From assembly GCA_000433255.1 (NCBI GenBank), contig HF998226.1, forward strand, positions 25,383-89,382: a stretch of DNA of 64,000 bases, read 5' to 3'. A program made the position numbers and the translations under genes. This DNA is from Coprobacillus sp. CAG:605 (GTDB lineage Bacteria > Bacillota_I > Bacilli_A > RF39 > UBA660). Positions 42,483-51,335 of the stretch are shown here, one piece after another (the stretch's first letter is position 1; each line of letters begins with the position of its first letter). The notes under the pieces were generated by a model, which was not told where the DNA came from, did not search any database, and worked only from the letters and a program-made list of their open reading frames with translations.

Positions 42483-43989
42483 TAGTATCGACTATCCCAT
42501 TATTAATGAAGAATTACAAACATTAACTGATAGTCAAAAAAACTTTCTTTTAAATAAGCTCCATATTTTACATAAAAATAAAGAATTACTATATAAAACT
42601 CACTTTCATGGTTTATATCATAGTGAAAAAGTAATGCTTTTTGCTTATCTAATTGGTGTAAAGCAAGGCTTATCTGATATAGAATTAGAAATCTTAGCCG
42701 ATGCTGGAGCCTACCATGATATTGGAAGACAAGATGATAGAGAAGATAACTTTCATGGCTTAACTAGTGCTAGAATGTATGAAGAAAAACATGTATTCCA
42801 AGATAATCCATTATACCAAAATGAAATATATTTTAATATTCTTAAAGCCATAACTGATTTCCATGCTCAAAATGATATTAACAATCCAAATAAAATAAAT
42901 ACTAATGCCGGCAATTATGAAATACCTAAGGAATACACGGATATGTATAAAAAACTAGCTAAAATTTTAAAAGATGCCGATGCTCTAGATCGAAAGAGAT
43001 TTGGTAATTATGATACTGCTGCTTTAAATGAAAAATATTTAAGATTTACGGAATCTAAGGAATTAGTTGATTTCTCTGAAGAATTAAATAAATTATATAA
43101 AGAAAAAAACAGAGTAGTGCCAAACCATAAAAGTTTAGAAAGTCCTACTTTAGAAATATGCCTTCATAGTATTGGCTATGATTTCTATAAAATACCCTCT
43201 ATAATTACTTATGGTATATTATCTCAAAGTAAGAAAGATGAATACAACCTTAAATATGTTAGAAACTTCCATGGTGGTAATGATTATTACTGGATTTCTG
43301 TTGTACCAGCATCTCTATATAATGAAGCTAAAAACCCTGAAGCTGCATCTAACGAATTTATAAATAATGGTATTTTTATTGTATCAAAACAAACCCCTAT
43401 GTATAAGCCATTACCAAGTAATAAGAAACTTACCGCTATAGAACAATCTCTTCCATATCTTAAAGGAGAATATCCTGATGAAAAATCAGTTTATGAAATA
43501 ATTGAACCAGAAAACATAGTCGCTTTAGGATTAACTAAAGAAAGTGGCGATAAAAAGTTGTCTCAAGCAACATTCTTATATAATAGTCTTGATTATAAAG
43601 ATATCGAACATAAAATAGAAATGATTTGCCAAGTTATTGAGTATGATTATCAAAATAACTTAGCTAAAGTCTTAGAACCGTTTTATAAAAAACATAATGA
43701 GATATCATTAAGCTATATTCATCGTGAAGACCCAGATGCTACCTATGGTGAAACAGTTAAAAAATTAATGGCTGTGTTAAACAAAATAAATGAAATAGTA
43801 GCAAGCCTAGTAAGTATAGAATATAAACATCGCTTAGGAATAGAACCAACTATTAAAGATATGGTTTTAATGGAATTACAAAAATGTGATGTTTTAGAAG
43901 ATTTTCTAAGTACTCCTGATGAATATATTTATCGTGTAAAACCTTTAAATTTAAATGACAATTCAGTTTTAATGTTAGATCGTAAATAA
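42451..43989 (+). CDS. HD-domain phosphohydrolase with a C-terminal extension of about 300 aa and unknown function
   Basis: HD motifs HFHGLYHSEKV...AGAYHDIGRQDD. Its start overlaps the upstream gene. Confidence 0.6.
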   Translation: MMITLEHFINNSIDYPIINEELQTLTDSQKNFLLNKLHILHKNKELLYKTHFHGLYHSEKVMLFAYLIGVKQGLSDIELEILADAGAYHDIGRQDDREDNFHGLTSARMYEEKHVFQDNPLYQNEIYFNILKAITDFHAQNDINNPNKINTNAGNYEIPKEYTDMYKKLAKILKDADALDRKRFGNYDTAALNEKYLRFTESKELVDFSEELNKLYKEKNRVVPNHKSLESPTLEICLHSIGYDFYKIPSIITYGILSQSKKDEYNLKYVRNFHGGNDYYWISVVPASLYNEAKNPEAASNEFINNGIFIVSKQTPMYKPLPSNKKLTAIEQSLPYLKGEYPDEKSVYEIIEPENIVALGLTKESGDKKLSQATFLYNSLDYKDIEHKIEMICQVIEYDYQNNLAKVLEPFYKKHNEISLSYIHREDPDATYGETVKKLMAVLNKINEIVASLVSIEYKHRLGIEPTIKDMVLMELQKCDVLEDFLSTPDEYIYRVKPLNLNDNSVLMLDRK

Positions 43990-44042
43990 TGAGTGTAGCA
44001 ATACACTTATTTTTATGGTATTATTTTACTGGAGGTTATATT

Positions 44043-44681
44043 ATGCGAGTAGCGTTAATAAATGATAATTCTCAAGCTAATAAGAATCATATAATATATG
44101 AAGCCTTAAATAAAGCTTGTAAGAAATATAATCATGAACTAATTAATATGGGAATGCAAGATGAATATGATAATTCCTTAACTTATGTTGAAGAAGGACT
44201 AATGGGAGCAATATTACTAAATAGTAAAGCTGTTGATTTTGTAGTAACAGGTTGTGGTACGGGAGAAGGAGCAATGTTAGCATTAAATAGTTTTCCTAAT
44301 GTCTTTTGTGGTTTAATAACTGATCCTACCAGTGCTTATCTATTTAGTCAAATAAATAATGGTAATGCCATAAGTATCCCTTATGCCTATAACTTTGGGT
44401 GGGGAGCAGAATTAAACCTAGAACTAATATTTAATGAACTATTTAAAAGTACTCCTGGTATGGGTTACCCTAAAGAAAGAAAAGAATCTGAACAAAAAAA
44501 TAAACTTATTTTAGATAAGCTAAAGATGGTTACTACAAAACCTTTATTAGAAAGTCTTAAAGATATTGATAAAGAGTTACTTAATCATTGTCTAGTTAAT
44601 AAGACTTTTATGGATACTATAAGTAAGTATGGTACTACTGAATATGTTAAAGTATTGGAGGATTTAAATGAAAGAATATAA
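44043..44681 (+). CDS. RpiB/LacA/LacB-family sugar-phosphate isomerase-like protein
   Basis: RVALINDNSQ... plus VVTGCGTGEGAMLALNSFPNVFCG, which resembles the RpiB ICGTGIGMSIAANKVPGI region. A GGAGGT ribosome-binding site precedes the ATG at 44043. Confidence 0.5.
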   Translation: MRVALINDNSQANKNHIIYEALNKACKKYNHELINMGMQDEYDNSLTYVEEGLMGAILLNSKAVDFVVTGCGTGEGAMLALNSFPNVFCGLITDPTSAYLFSQINNGNAISIPYAYNFGWGAELNLELIFNELFKSTPGMGYPKERKESEQKNKLILDKLKMVTTKPLLESLKDIDKELLNHCLVNKTFMDTISKYGTTEYVKVLEDLNERI

Positions 44682-45108
44682 AGCTGTAATAATTGATAAT
44701 GAAGGTAAGATAATACCTCTAGGTAATATAACTGATACCCTACATGCTATTCCTTTACTTGATTATGCTAAAGCAAAATATCCTAATAGTGTGTTTTCTA
44801 AACTTGATTATATGTATGGTGTTCATGCTATTAATTACTATTTACAAGATTTAGGAAATATTATATTTTTAAATACTAGTAAGAAGATTGGGCGTAATGG
44901 TATCTTAATATTACCTAAAGAATATGAAAATAGAATTGGCTATATTAATGATATGTTAAGTAGCTTTGAAGGCTTCCATCTATACATTCAAAGTAATTTA
45001 AGATTAGAAGATGGTATTCCTATAGGAGATGAGACTTATCCTTTAGAAGGAGAAAGTCCTGTAACTACTTTTAATAGATTTTTAGATAGTAAAAGAGTTA
45101 AGAGATAA
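44668..45108 (+). CDS. Hypothetical protein (146 aa)
   Basis: ORF with a GGAGGA ribosome-binding site, followed by a terminator. Confidence 0.5.
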   Translation: MKEYKAVIIDNEGKIIPLGNITDTLHAIPLLDYAKAKYPNSVFSKLDYMYGVHAINYYLQDLGNIIFLNTSKKIGRNGILILPKEYENRIGYINDMLSSFEGFHLYIQSNLRLEDGIPIGDETYPLEGESPVTTFNRFLDSKRVKR

Positions 45109-45131
45109 ATCAGGTAGATGCCTGATTTTTT
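45107..45131 (+). terminator. Rho-independent terminator
   Basis: Stem ATCAGG / CCTGAT followed by TTTTTT. Confidence 0.6.
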
Positions 45132-45400
45132 AAATTCTACAAATTACCGAACAAAAAAGCCACAAATAACCGAATAAGATTAAAATGCAATTAATAATAT
45201 AGGAAGATAACTAAATGCTGCTTATGCAATGCAAAAATCATTAGAGAGTTTAGGAATTAATAGATATGCTCTCGACAATATGCAAGAAACATCAGTAAAA
45301 ATATTTGAAAACGAGGAAAAATATTGTAAAGAAAATGTTGTTTACAGATTACTATCGTTACTATCTATAATGTTTATTAACTTAGGAATAATATATAAAA

Positions 45401-45424
45401 GTCAGTGAAAGATCACTGACTTTT
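45401..45424 (-). terminator. Terminator for the minus-strand YHYH gene (perfect 8-bp palindrome)
   Basis: Stem GTCAGTGA / TCACTGAC with loop AAGA. On the minus strand it is followed by TTTTATATAT. Confidence 0.65.
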
Positions 45425-46249
45425 AGCATGCTTTTTCTTTTTAAATTTTCTATAAATAATCACACTTATTATAATAAGAAATATAGTTGTAATAGCATCA
45501 TCACTATTACTAGTATTTTCTTTATTATCGCTATTAGAACTACTAATACTATCTTTAATAATGCTTAATGTATATGTTTTATAAACATTATCATTAATAT
45601 CTAATAATTTTAACTCTACATTATTAATACCATCATTTAGCTTAATATTATTATCATATTCTACCTTAGAATTACTAAGCGTATTAATATTAACACTATC
45701 TAAAGTAGTATGATATTCCATATAATCATTAATATCTATATTATCATTATTAATACTAATACTAGAGATATTTGGCTCTTCTAAGTATTTAATATCAAGA
45801 TTATATTCTTTACTAGTGTTATCTTCACTAGTAACAGTAATCTTAATATTATTATCTCCTATACTAATATTAGAGTAGTTAGATACCTCATATTTAGATT
45901 TAGTACTTTCTAATATAATATCAATATTATTTACTTTACTATACGTATTATATTCCATAGTATCGTTAACTTCTATGTTAGTATTATCAATACTAATAGA
46001 TTTAATATTCTTATTAGAATCTAATACCTTAGTTGTCGTTGTTTTATTAGTATTACTACTACTAGTATTAGTACTACTATTCGTTTTACCATGGCAATGA
46101 TATTGCCCATAACTTAAACCCCATTTAGCACAATTAGTTCTACAAGTATGACAACCATTACTATCTGTTCTTCCTGGATGTGCTTCTACATAAAGAGGAG
46201 ATAATATAACTATCATAATCATTATTAATCTTTTTATTTTCTTTTTCAT
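45413..46249 (-). CDS. Secreted YHYH-motif protein with two cadherin-like beta-sandwich repeats and a C-terminal transmembrane anchor
   Basis: Signal peptide followed by HPGRTDSNGCH...YHCHG (YHYH-like). Two repeats of about 70 aa are rich in N/D/I/S. The C-terminus is a hydrophobic helix plus a KKKKH tail. Confidence 0.6.
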   Translation of the reverse strand: MKKKIKRLIMIMIVILSPLYVEAHPGRTDSNGCHTCRTNCAKWGLSYGQYHCHGKTNSSTNTSSSNTNKTTTTKVLDSNKNIKSISIDNTNIEVNDTMEYNTYSKVNNIDIILESTKSKYEVSNYSNISIGDNNIKITVTSEDNTSKEYNLDIKYLEEPNISSISINNDNIDINDYMEYHTTLDSVNINTLSNSKVEYDNNIKLNDGINNVELKLLDINDNVYKTYTLSIIKDSISSSNSDNKENTSNSDDAITTIFLIIISVIIYRKFKKKKHAKSQ

Positions 46250-46403
46250 ACTTCACTACTCCTATACATATAAACTCTTATATTTAAATTATATCTTATT
46301 AATTAGTATTAATAAATGTTTCTATTGACTTTTATATCATTTAAGTATAAATTATGGTTAAAGGCAGTAAATTTAAACAATAATCTTTTAGAGGCAGTAG
46401 TTT

Positions 46404-48740
46404 ATGAAAATATCCATAAACAATTTTAAAAATGTAAATGGAATAAAAGATTTAAAAGACAAAAATAATACAACAAACGAAGAAAAACACGACGCAAAAA
46501 TTGTAATTGAAGGGGACGCACTTATATATGCACCCAATGGAGGTACCAAGACCTCATTAGCCAAAGGCCTAGAATCAATTGCCAACGGCGAAATACCAAA
46601 AGATAGGATTTTTGATAAAAGTGGAGAGTATAACATCGAAATAGATGACAGACGCTATACTGAAATGACTCCCCAAAAGATTGATAATATTCTTGTTTAT
46701 AATTATGAATCTTATTATCAAAAGTTATTAATGAATAATGAATTAAGTACTTTAGCAATGTCTTCAGAGCTATATGATAAGTTTCATCCTACTATTGAAA
46801 AATACGAAGAGGTTATTAATAATTGCTTTAATGCTATTTGCAACGACTTATCTAAAAAGAAAAGTGATAGTGATAAAGCAAAAGAAGTAAATGATTTTTT
46901 CTCCACTGTATTTAATATAGTAAAGAAAAAAGATATTATCGTTTTTCTAAATACTTTAAAATGGGATGATAAAATAGAAATTTCAGATGAAATTAACATA
47001 TTTGATGTCATTAACGCTAAAACAAAAGTTATTTTAGAACAAGAGAATATTAAAACAAATATAGAAAAGTTGAATGAACTTTTATCAAAACAGGATACTA
47101 TATTTTTTGGAAAATTTTCACCTGCAAGCTTAGAAAGCTTGATGAAAGAGATAGAAGTATCTGGCTATTTTGAGGCCGGGCATTCTTTGAAGTTTAGAAA
47201 CTATGAAGAATTAGTACCAACTGAATCAAGGCTTAAAGATATATACAAAGAAGAAAAAGAGAAGTTTTTTAACTCTGAAGAAGGCAAAAATACTTTAGAA
47301 AGTTTATTAACATCTTTAAAGAAAAACAAAGAGACAAAGCAATTAGAAAGTATAATTAGAAAACAACCAGAATTATTTGAAGGTTTAGAAAATATAGAAG
47401 CTTTTAAAGCCAATATATTGGCTGCAAAATTATTTCCTTTAAAGGATACTATCTCTAATACTTGTAAAATCATTGATAAATTGAATGTGAAAATAAAAGA
47501 ATTTTTGGAAGCTTCTAAAAGAGAAGAAAGCCAATGGCAAAAAATTTGTGATGAATTTGAGAATAGATTTGATGTTCCGTACAGAATTGCTGTTGAAGAT
47601 GAAGAAAATGCATTGCTTGGTGAAAAAGCTCTACAATTTATAATAACCTACTATGATGGAAATAAAGATGTCCTAACAACTAATAGTGCAAAACTAAGTG
47701 ATGAAAAAGCAAAAGAAGTATTAAGTACAGGGGAATTAAGAGCATTAACAGTTTTAAGGTTTTTGTTTGATTTAGAAGACAAAGTTAATAATAATGATAA
47801 TGTTTTCGTGGTACTTGATGATGTAGTAGATTCGTTTGATTATAAAAATAAATATGCAATGTTAGAATATTTAGATGATATTAGCTATTCTGATAAGAAA
47901 AATATAACTTGCTGGATTTTAACTCATAATTTTGACTTTTTTAGTAATTGTTCAACAAGGATTGGCTATAAGAATAAATATTTTATTCAAAAGTCAAAAG
48001 ATTGTGAAATATTGCATAAATTGTCTAGTAATGATTCTAAAGTTTCAACTGGCGGCTTGGACTTTTTTAAAGACTTTAAAGGAAAACTAGATAGTTGTAA
48101 TACTAATACGTTTGAAAAGGCATTTTATAGCCTATTACCAGTATGTAGAAATATAATTGAATTAAGTTCTAATGGTAATGTTAACGAAAACGAAGATTAC
48201 AAGTTACTTTGCTCAGCATTGCATTATAAAGATAATACAGAAAGTTTAGAATTTAACGAGTTTCAAAGTATTTACAAAGATATTCTTGGGATCGAGTCGA
48301 AAAATTTAATAAATAATAATAAAAAAATTTATGAAGTACTCTTAAGTATAGCAAATTCTATTCAAAAAACTTATCGAGATAATAATTCTAAATATAATGA
48401 GTTATCACTTCCAGAAAAGATAGTTTTATCTATTGCAATAAGAATTGAACTAGAGAAATATTTAAATGATTACTATGGTATTGTTAGTAGTAGTGATAAT
48501 ACTGATGATAATAAAAATACTTTGGCAAGTAAGTTCACTAAAGTCAAAAACTACATGCGACCTAAAGAATGTAAGATATTTACTAAAGCAATTGTTTCAA
48601 CTCCAGATTTTATTCATTTAAATTCATTTATGTATGAGCCAATTGTAGATGTAGGTTTTGGAACACTAGTTTCACTATATAGTGATGTACAAAGTATTAT
48701 GGAAAATAAAAATAACAGAAAGGAAGTTACGAATGTATAG
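46404..48740 (+). CDS. ABC/SMC-like ATPase (778 aa) with non-canonical Walker A/B motifs, a helical insert of about 400 aa and a C-terminal extension of about 270 aa and unknown function
   Basis: The N-terminus MKISINNFKN...ALIYAPNGGTKTSL follows an SMC/AAA_15-style head. The signature motif is LSTGELRAL, Walker B is VFVVLDDVVD and the H-loop is ILTHNF. A promoter-like TTGACT...TATAAA lies upstream at 46325-46365. Confidence 0.7.
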   Translation: MKISINNFKNVNGIKDLKDKNNTTNEEKHDAKIVIEGDALIYAPNGGTKTSLAKGLESIANGEIPKDRIFDKSGEYNIEIDDRRYTEMTPQKIDNILVYNYESYYQKLLMNNELSTLAMSSELYDKFHPTIEKYEEVINNCFNAICNDLSKKKSDSDKAKEVNDFFSTVFNIVKKKDIIVFLNTLKWDDKIEISDEINIFDVINAKTKVILEQENIKTNIEKLNELLSKQDTIFFGKFSPASLESLMKEIEVSGYFEAGHSLKFRNYEELVPTESRLKDIYKEEKEKFFNSEEGKNTLESLLTSLKKNKETKQLESIIRKQPELFEGLENIEAFKANILAAKLFPLKDTISNTCKIIDKLNVKIKEFLEASKREESQWQKICDEFENRFDVPYRIAVEDEENALLGEKALQFIITYYDGNKDVLTTNSAKLSDEKAKEVLSTGELRALTVLRFLFDLEDKVNNNDNVFVVLDDVVDSFDYKNKYAMLEYLDDISYSDKKNITCWILTHNFDFFSNCSTRIGYKNKYFIQKSKDCEILHKLSSNDSKVSTGGLDFFKDFKGKLDSCNTNTFEKAFYSLLPVCRNIIELSSNGNVNENEDYKLLCSALHYKDNTESLEFNEFQSIYKDILGIESKNLINNNKKIYEVLLSIANSIQKTYRDNNSKYNELSLPEKIVLSIAIRIELEKYLNDYYGIVSSSDNTDDNKNTLASKFTKVKNYMRPKECKIFTKAIVSTPDFIHLNSFMYEPIVDVGFGTLVSLYSDVQSIMENKNNRKEVTNV

Positions 48741-49041
48741 TGCTCAACAAATAATAGATAAAAAGAAATATGCAGAAGAGCTTGAAGAATTAGATAAAAT
48801 TGCCAAATATAAAAAATACTTAGCTGATAACAATTATGTGTTTAACGATGAGATTCAACAATTCATTGTTCAAACAATTAATAAGTATAGAATCAAAATG
48901 GAAGTCAAAAATTTTTATATGTCTAAAGATGGCAATGACCATTTAAACAATCAAATTGATACATTAAATAAATTAGAAGAAATGATTAGCCAATATATAT
49001 TCATAAAAGTACTAAAAAACAAGGTAATTACTAATGAATGA
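48733..49041 (+). CDS. Small, predominantly alpha-helical protein (102 aa), translationally coupled to the upstream ATPase
   Basis: The ATG at 48733 lies 6 nt after AGGAAG and overlaps the upstream stop codon. The sequence is charged and helical with no known motif. Confidence 0.55.
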   Translation: MYSAQQIIDKKKYAEELEELDKIAKYKKYLADNNYVFNDEIQQFIVQTINKYRIKMEVKNFYMSKDGNDHLNNQIDTLNKLEEMISQYIFIKVLKNKVITNE

Positions 49042-49164
49042 TTTAATAGATAAAACATGTAATGAATTATATCCAATTGAAGATGTTGTTATTGAAAAAT
49101 ATGCTGATTGGGATTATTGCTAAAGATATTAAATGAATAATGTAAAAAATAGGAGTCAAATAGT

Positions 49165-50544
49165 ATGAAAGAAAATGAAACAGAAAACATGTTAAATGTT
49201 TTAATAAACGACAATATTCAAAGAAATGACTTATTATTATCATTTACTAATTTTATATTAGCAACGACTAATGGGGTTATTGCTATAGATGGTAAATGGG
49301 GTAGTGGCAAAACATTCTTTGTTAGACAGTTACATTTCTTAATAAATTATTTAAACAATTATGATGAAAATGGGAAGATTAAAAATGAAGAAATGTATAC
49401 CAACAATCTTTTAAATTTAGAAAATGTTAGCCATGATATAATGAATAATTTAATTGAATTTATGAAGACTATTAGAAATGACCATCGGTTAAGTAATCTA
49501 GAAAGCGTTAATTGTATTTATTTTAATGCCTGGGAATATGAAAATAATACTGAACCAATTTTATCGCTAGTATATAAAATTATTAATGATTTTCCATATT
49601 TAACAGCTAAAATGGAGCAGGCTAAAATAGATTTGGTTACTGGAACATTGGATGCCATTTCAAATTTTCTTTTTAAAGGAAACATTAATTTATCAAATTG
49701 TACAAACAAAAAAAATCTATTAGAAAATATAATTACTTCTGAAGAAGCAAGATTTAAAATAAATAAATTATTTGAAGATTTATTACATGAAAATTGCAAT
49801 AAAATGGTTATAGTTATAGATGAGCTTGATAGATGTAATCCTACATATGCCATAAAGCTTTTAGAAGAAATAAAGCATTATATTAATTCAGAAAATATTA
49901 CGATAATAATCTCGACTAACTTATATCAAGTCTCAAATAGTATTAAAAATCTTTATGGCTATAATTTTGATGTTGAAAGTTATCTAGATAAAACAATTGA
50001 TATTACATTTGAATTACCTCCAATAAATAAAGAATACTACCTTCAAAGCTTATTACCAGGTTATGATTCTAGTGGTTTTTTTGAAAGGGTAATTATCAAT
50101 TATATAAATTGTTATGGGCTTGAAATGCGTAGTATAAATAAGTATGTTAATTTGATGAAATTATATCAAAAGCATATGAATAATGATAAATTTAGAAAAA
50201 TAAATTATGTGCTTGACTTTATGTTTTTACCATATATTTTAGGGCAGAGACTTTTTAGAATCGAAGATTATTCAGAGTTTGTTGGGGGTACTGGCTTTGA
50301 AGAATTTAAAAAATTCATTTTATATTCTAAAAATACCCATTTTTTAATAAGAAGTTATATTCATCCAAATGAAAATATATCCACCGATACCATGTTAATT
50401 GACTTGAAAAAAATATATAATTTTCTTTATAATCCCGATAAAGATGTTAGCAAAATAATTGTTGGGCATGCAGCTTTTGACAGTTATCAACGAGATGCAT
50501 TTTTAATGATTTGTACAGTATTTAAAAGTTTAAACATTAAATAA
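49165..50544 (+). CDS. KAP-family P-loop NTPase (459 aa), with no obvious transmembrane insertion
   Basis: KAP-type Walker A IAIDGKWGSGKTFF and Walker B MVIVIDELDRCNP. A strong terminator (stem AACATTAG / CTAATGTT followed by TTTTT) lies at 50544-50575. Confidence 0.75.
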   Translation: MKENETENMLNVLINDNIQRNDLLLSFTNFILATTNGVIAIDGKWGSGKTFFVRQLHFLINYLNNYDENGKIKNEEMYTNNLLNLENVSHDIMNNLIEFMKTIRNDHRLSNLESVNCIYFNAWEYENNTEPILSLVYKIINDFPYLTAKMEQAKIDLVTGTLDAISNFLFKGNINLSNCTNKKNLLENIITSEEARFKINKLFEDLLHENCNKMVIVIDELDRCNPTYAIKLLEEIKHYINSENITIIISTNLYQVSNSIKNLYGYNFDVESYLDKTIDITFELPPINKEYYLQSLLPGYDSSGFFERVIINYINCYGLEMRSINKYVNLMKLYQKHMNNDKFRKINYVLDFMFLPYILGQRLFRIEDYSEFVGGTGFEEFKKFILYSKNTHFLIRSYIHPNENISTDTMLIDLKKIYNFLYNPDKDVSKIIVGHAAFDSYQRDAFLMICTVFKSLNIK

Positions 50545-50671
50545 ACATTAGTTTAATATGACTAATGTTTTTTAAAATTACCAAAAATTGTAATGCACAA
50601 ATACAAAAATAGTGATATAATACAATAGATTTTAAGTAAATGAAATGTTTATATATAGGAGTTGTGTTTGT

Positions 50672-51334
50672 ATGGATAGCAGTACAGAATATTTAACTCA
50701 TGATATTTTTATAAAGAAATATCTATATTTTGGAGTTAAAAGATTATTTGATATTTTAATAGCATTAATAGGGTGTCTATTTCTATTACCAGTAATATTA
50801 ATAGTTAAAATATCTTATTTACTACATAAAGACTTTGATTCAATCTTCTTTAGACAAAAAAGAATAGGTAAGAATGGTAAAGAATTTAACCTTTATAAAT
50901 TTAGAAGTATGGTTCCTAATGCTGATGAAGTATTAAAAGAATTATTGAAAGATCCTAAATATAAAGAAGAGTGGGATTTAAATCAAAAGTTTGAACATGA
51001 TCCAAGAATAACATCTATGGGTAATATATTAAGAAAGACTTCTTTAGATGAATTACCCCAATTTATAAATATATTAATAGGAGATATGTCTTTAATAGGA
51101 CCTAGACCATTAGTACCAGGTGAGTTAGATAGTCATAATGGTAATCATGAACTATATGAAAGTGTTCGCCCAGGAATTTCGGGCTGGTGGGCAGCGAACG
51201 GAAGGTCTGCTACTACTTATGAAAGAAGATTAGAACTAGAATATTACTATGTTCAACATTGTAGTTTAATCTTAGATATAAGATGTGTATTTAGAACTAT
51301 TAAGGCTGTAATATTTAAGACAGGAGCAAAATAG
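50672..51334 (+). CDS. Small polyprenyl-phosphate sugar phosphotransferase (WbaP/CpsE C-terminal-domain type), the initiating transferase
   Basis: One N-terminal transmembrane segment, then KFRSM...PRITSMGNILRKTSLDELPQ and PGISGWW. A TAGGAG ribosome-binding site precedes the ATG at 50672. An extended -10 element TGaTATAAT lies at 50613-50621. Confidence 0.8.
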   Translation: MDSSTEYLTHDIFIKKYLYFGVKRLFDILIALIGCLFLLPVILIVKISYLLHKDFDSIFFRQKRIGKNGKEFNLYKFRSMVPNADEVLKELLKDPKYKEEWDLNQKFEHDPRITSMGNILRKTSLDELPQFINILIGDMSLIGPRPLVPGELDSHNGNHELYESVRPGISGWWAANGRSATTYERRLELEYYYVQHCSLILDIRCVFRTIKAVIFKTGAK

Positions 51335-51335
51335 A

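Noticed and set aside
46388-47473. Minus-strand and alternate-frame ORFs overlapping the 778-aa ATPase gene and other island genes (46388-46636, 46522-46758, 46784-47011, 47201-47473, 49518-49853, 53865-54059, 54546-54734, 55108-55299, 57089-57313, 58075-58317, 60635-60835, 62277-62465, 62780-63007)
   Set aside because: They are embedded in longer ORFs that have clear motifs, and none has its own ribosome-binding site or a recognisable protein motif.
49035-49124. 29-aa mini-ORF (MNDLIDKTCNELYPIEDVVIEKYADWDYC) overlapping the stop of the 102-aa gene
   Set aside because: Too short, with no ribosome-binding site. It was kept only as a note and may be checked by ribosome profiling.
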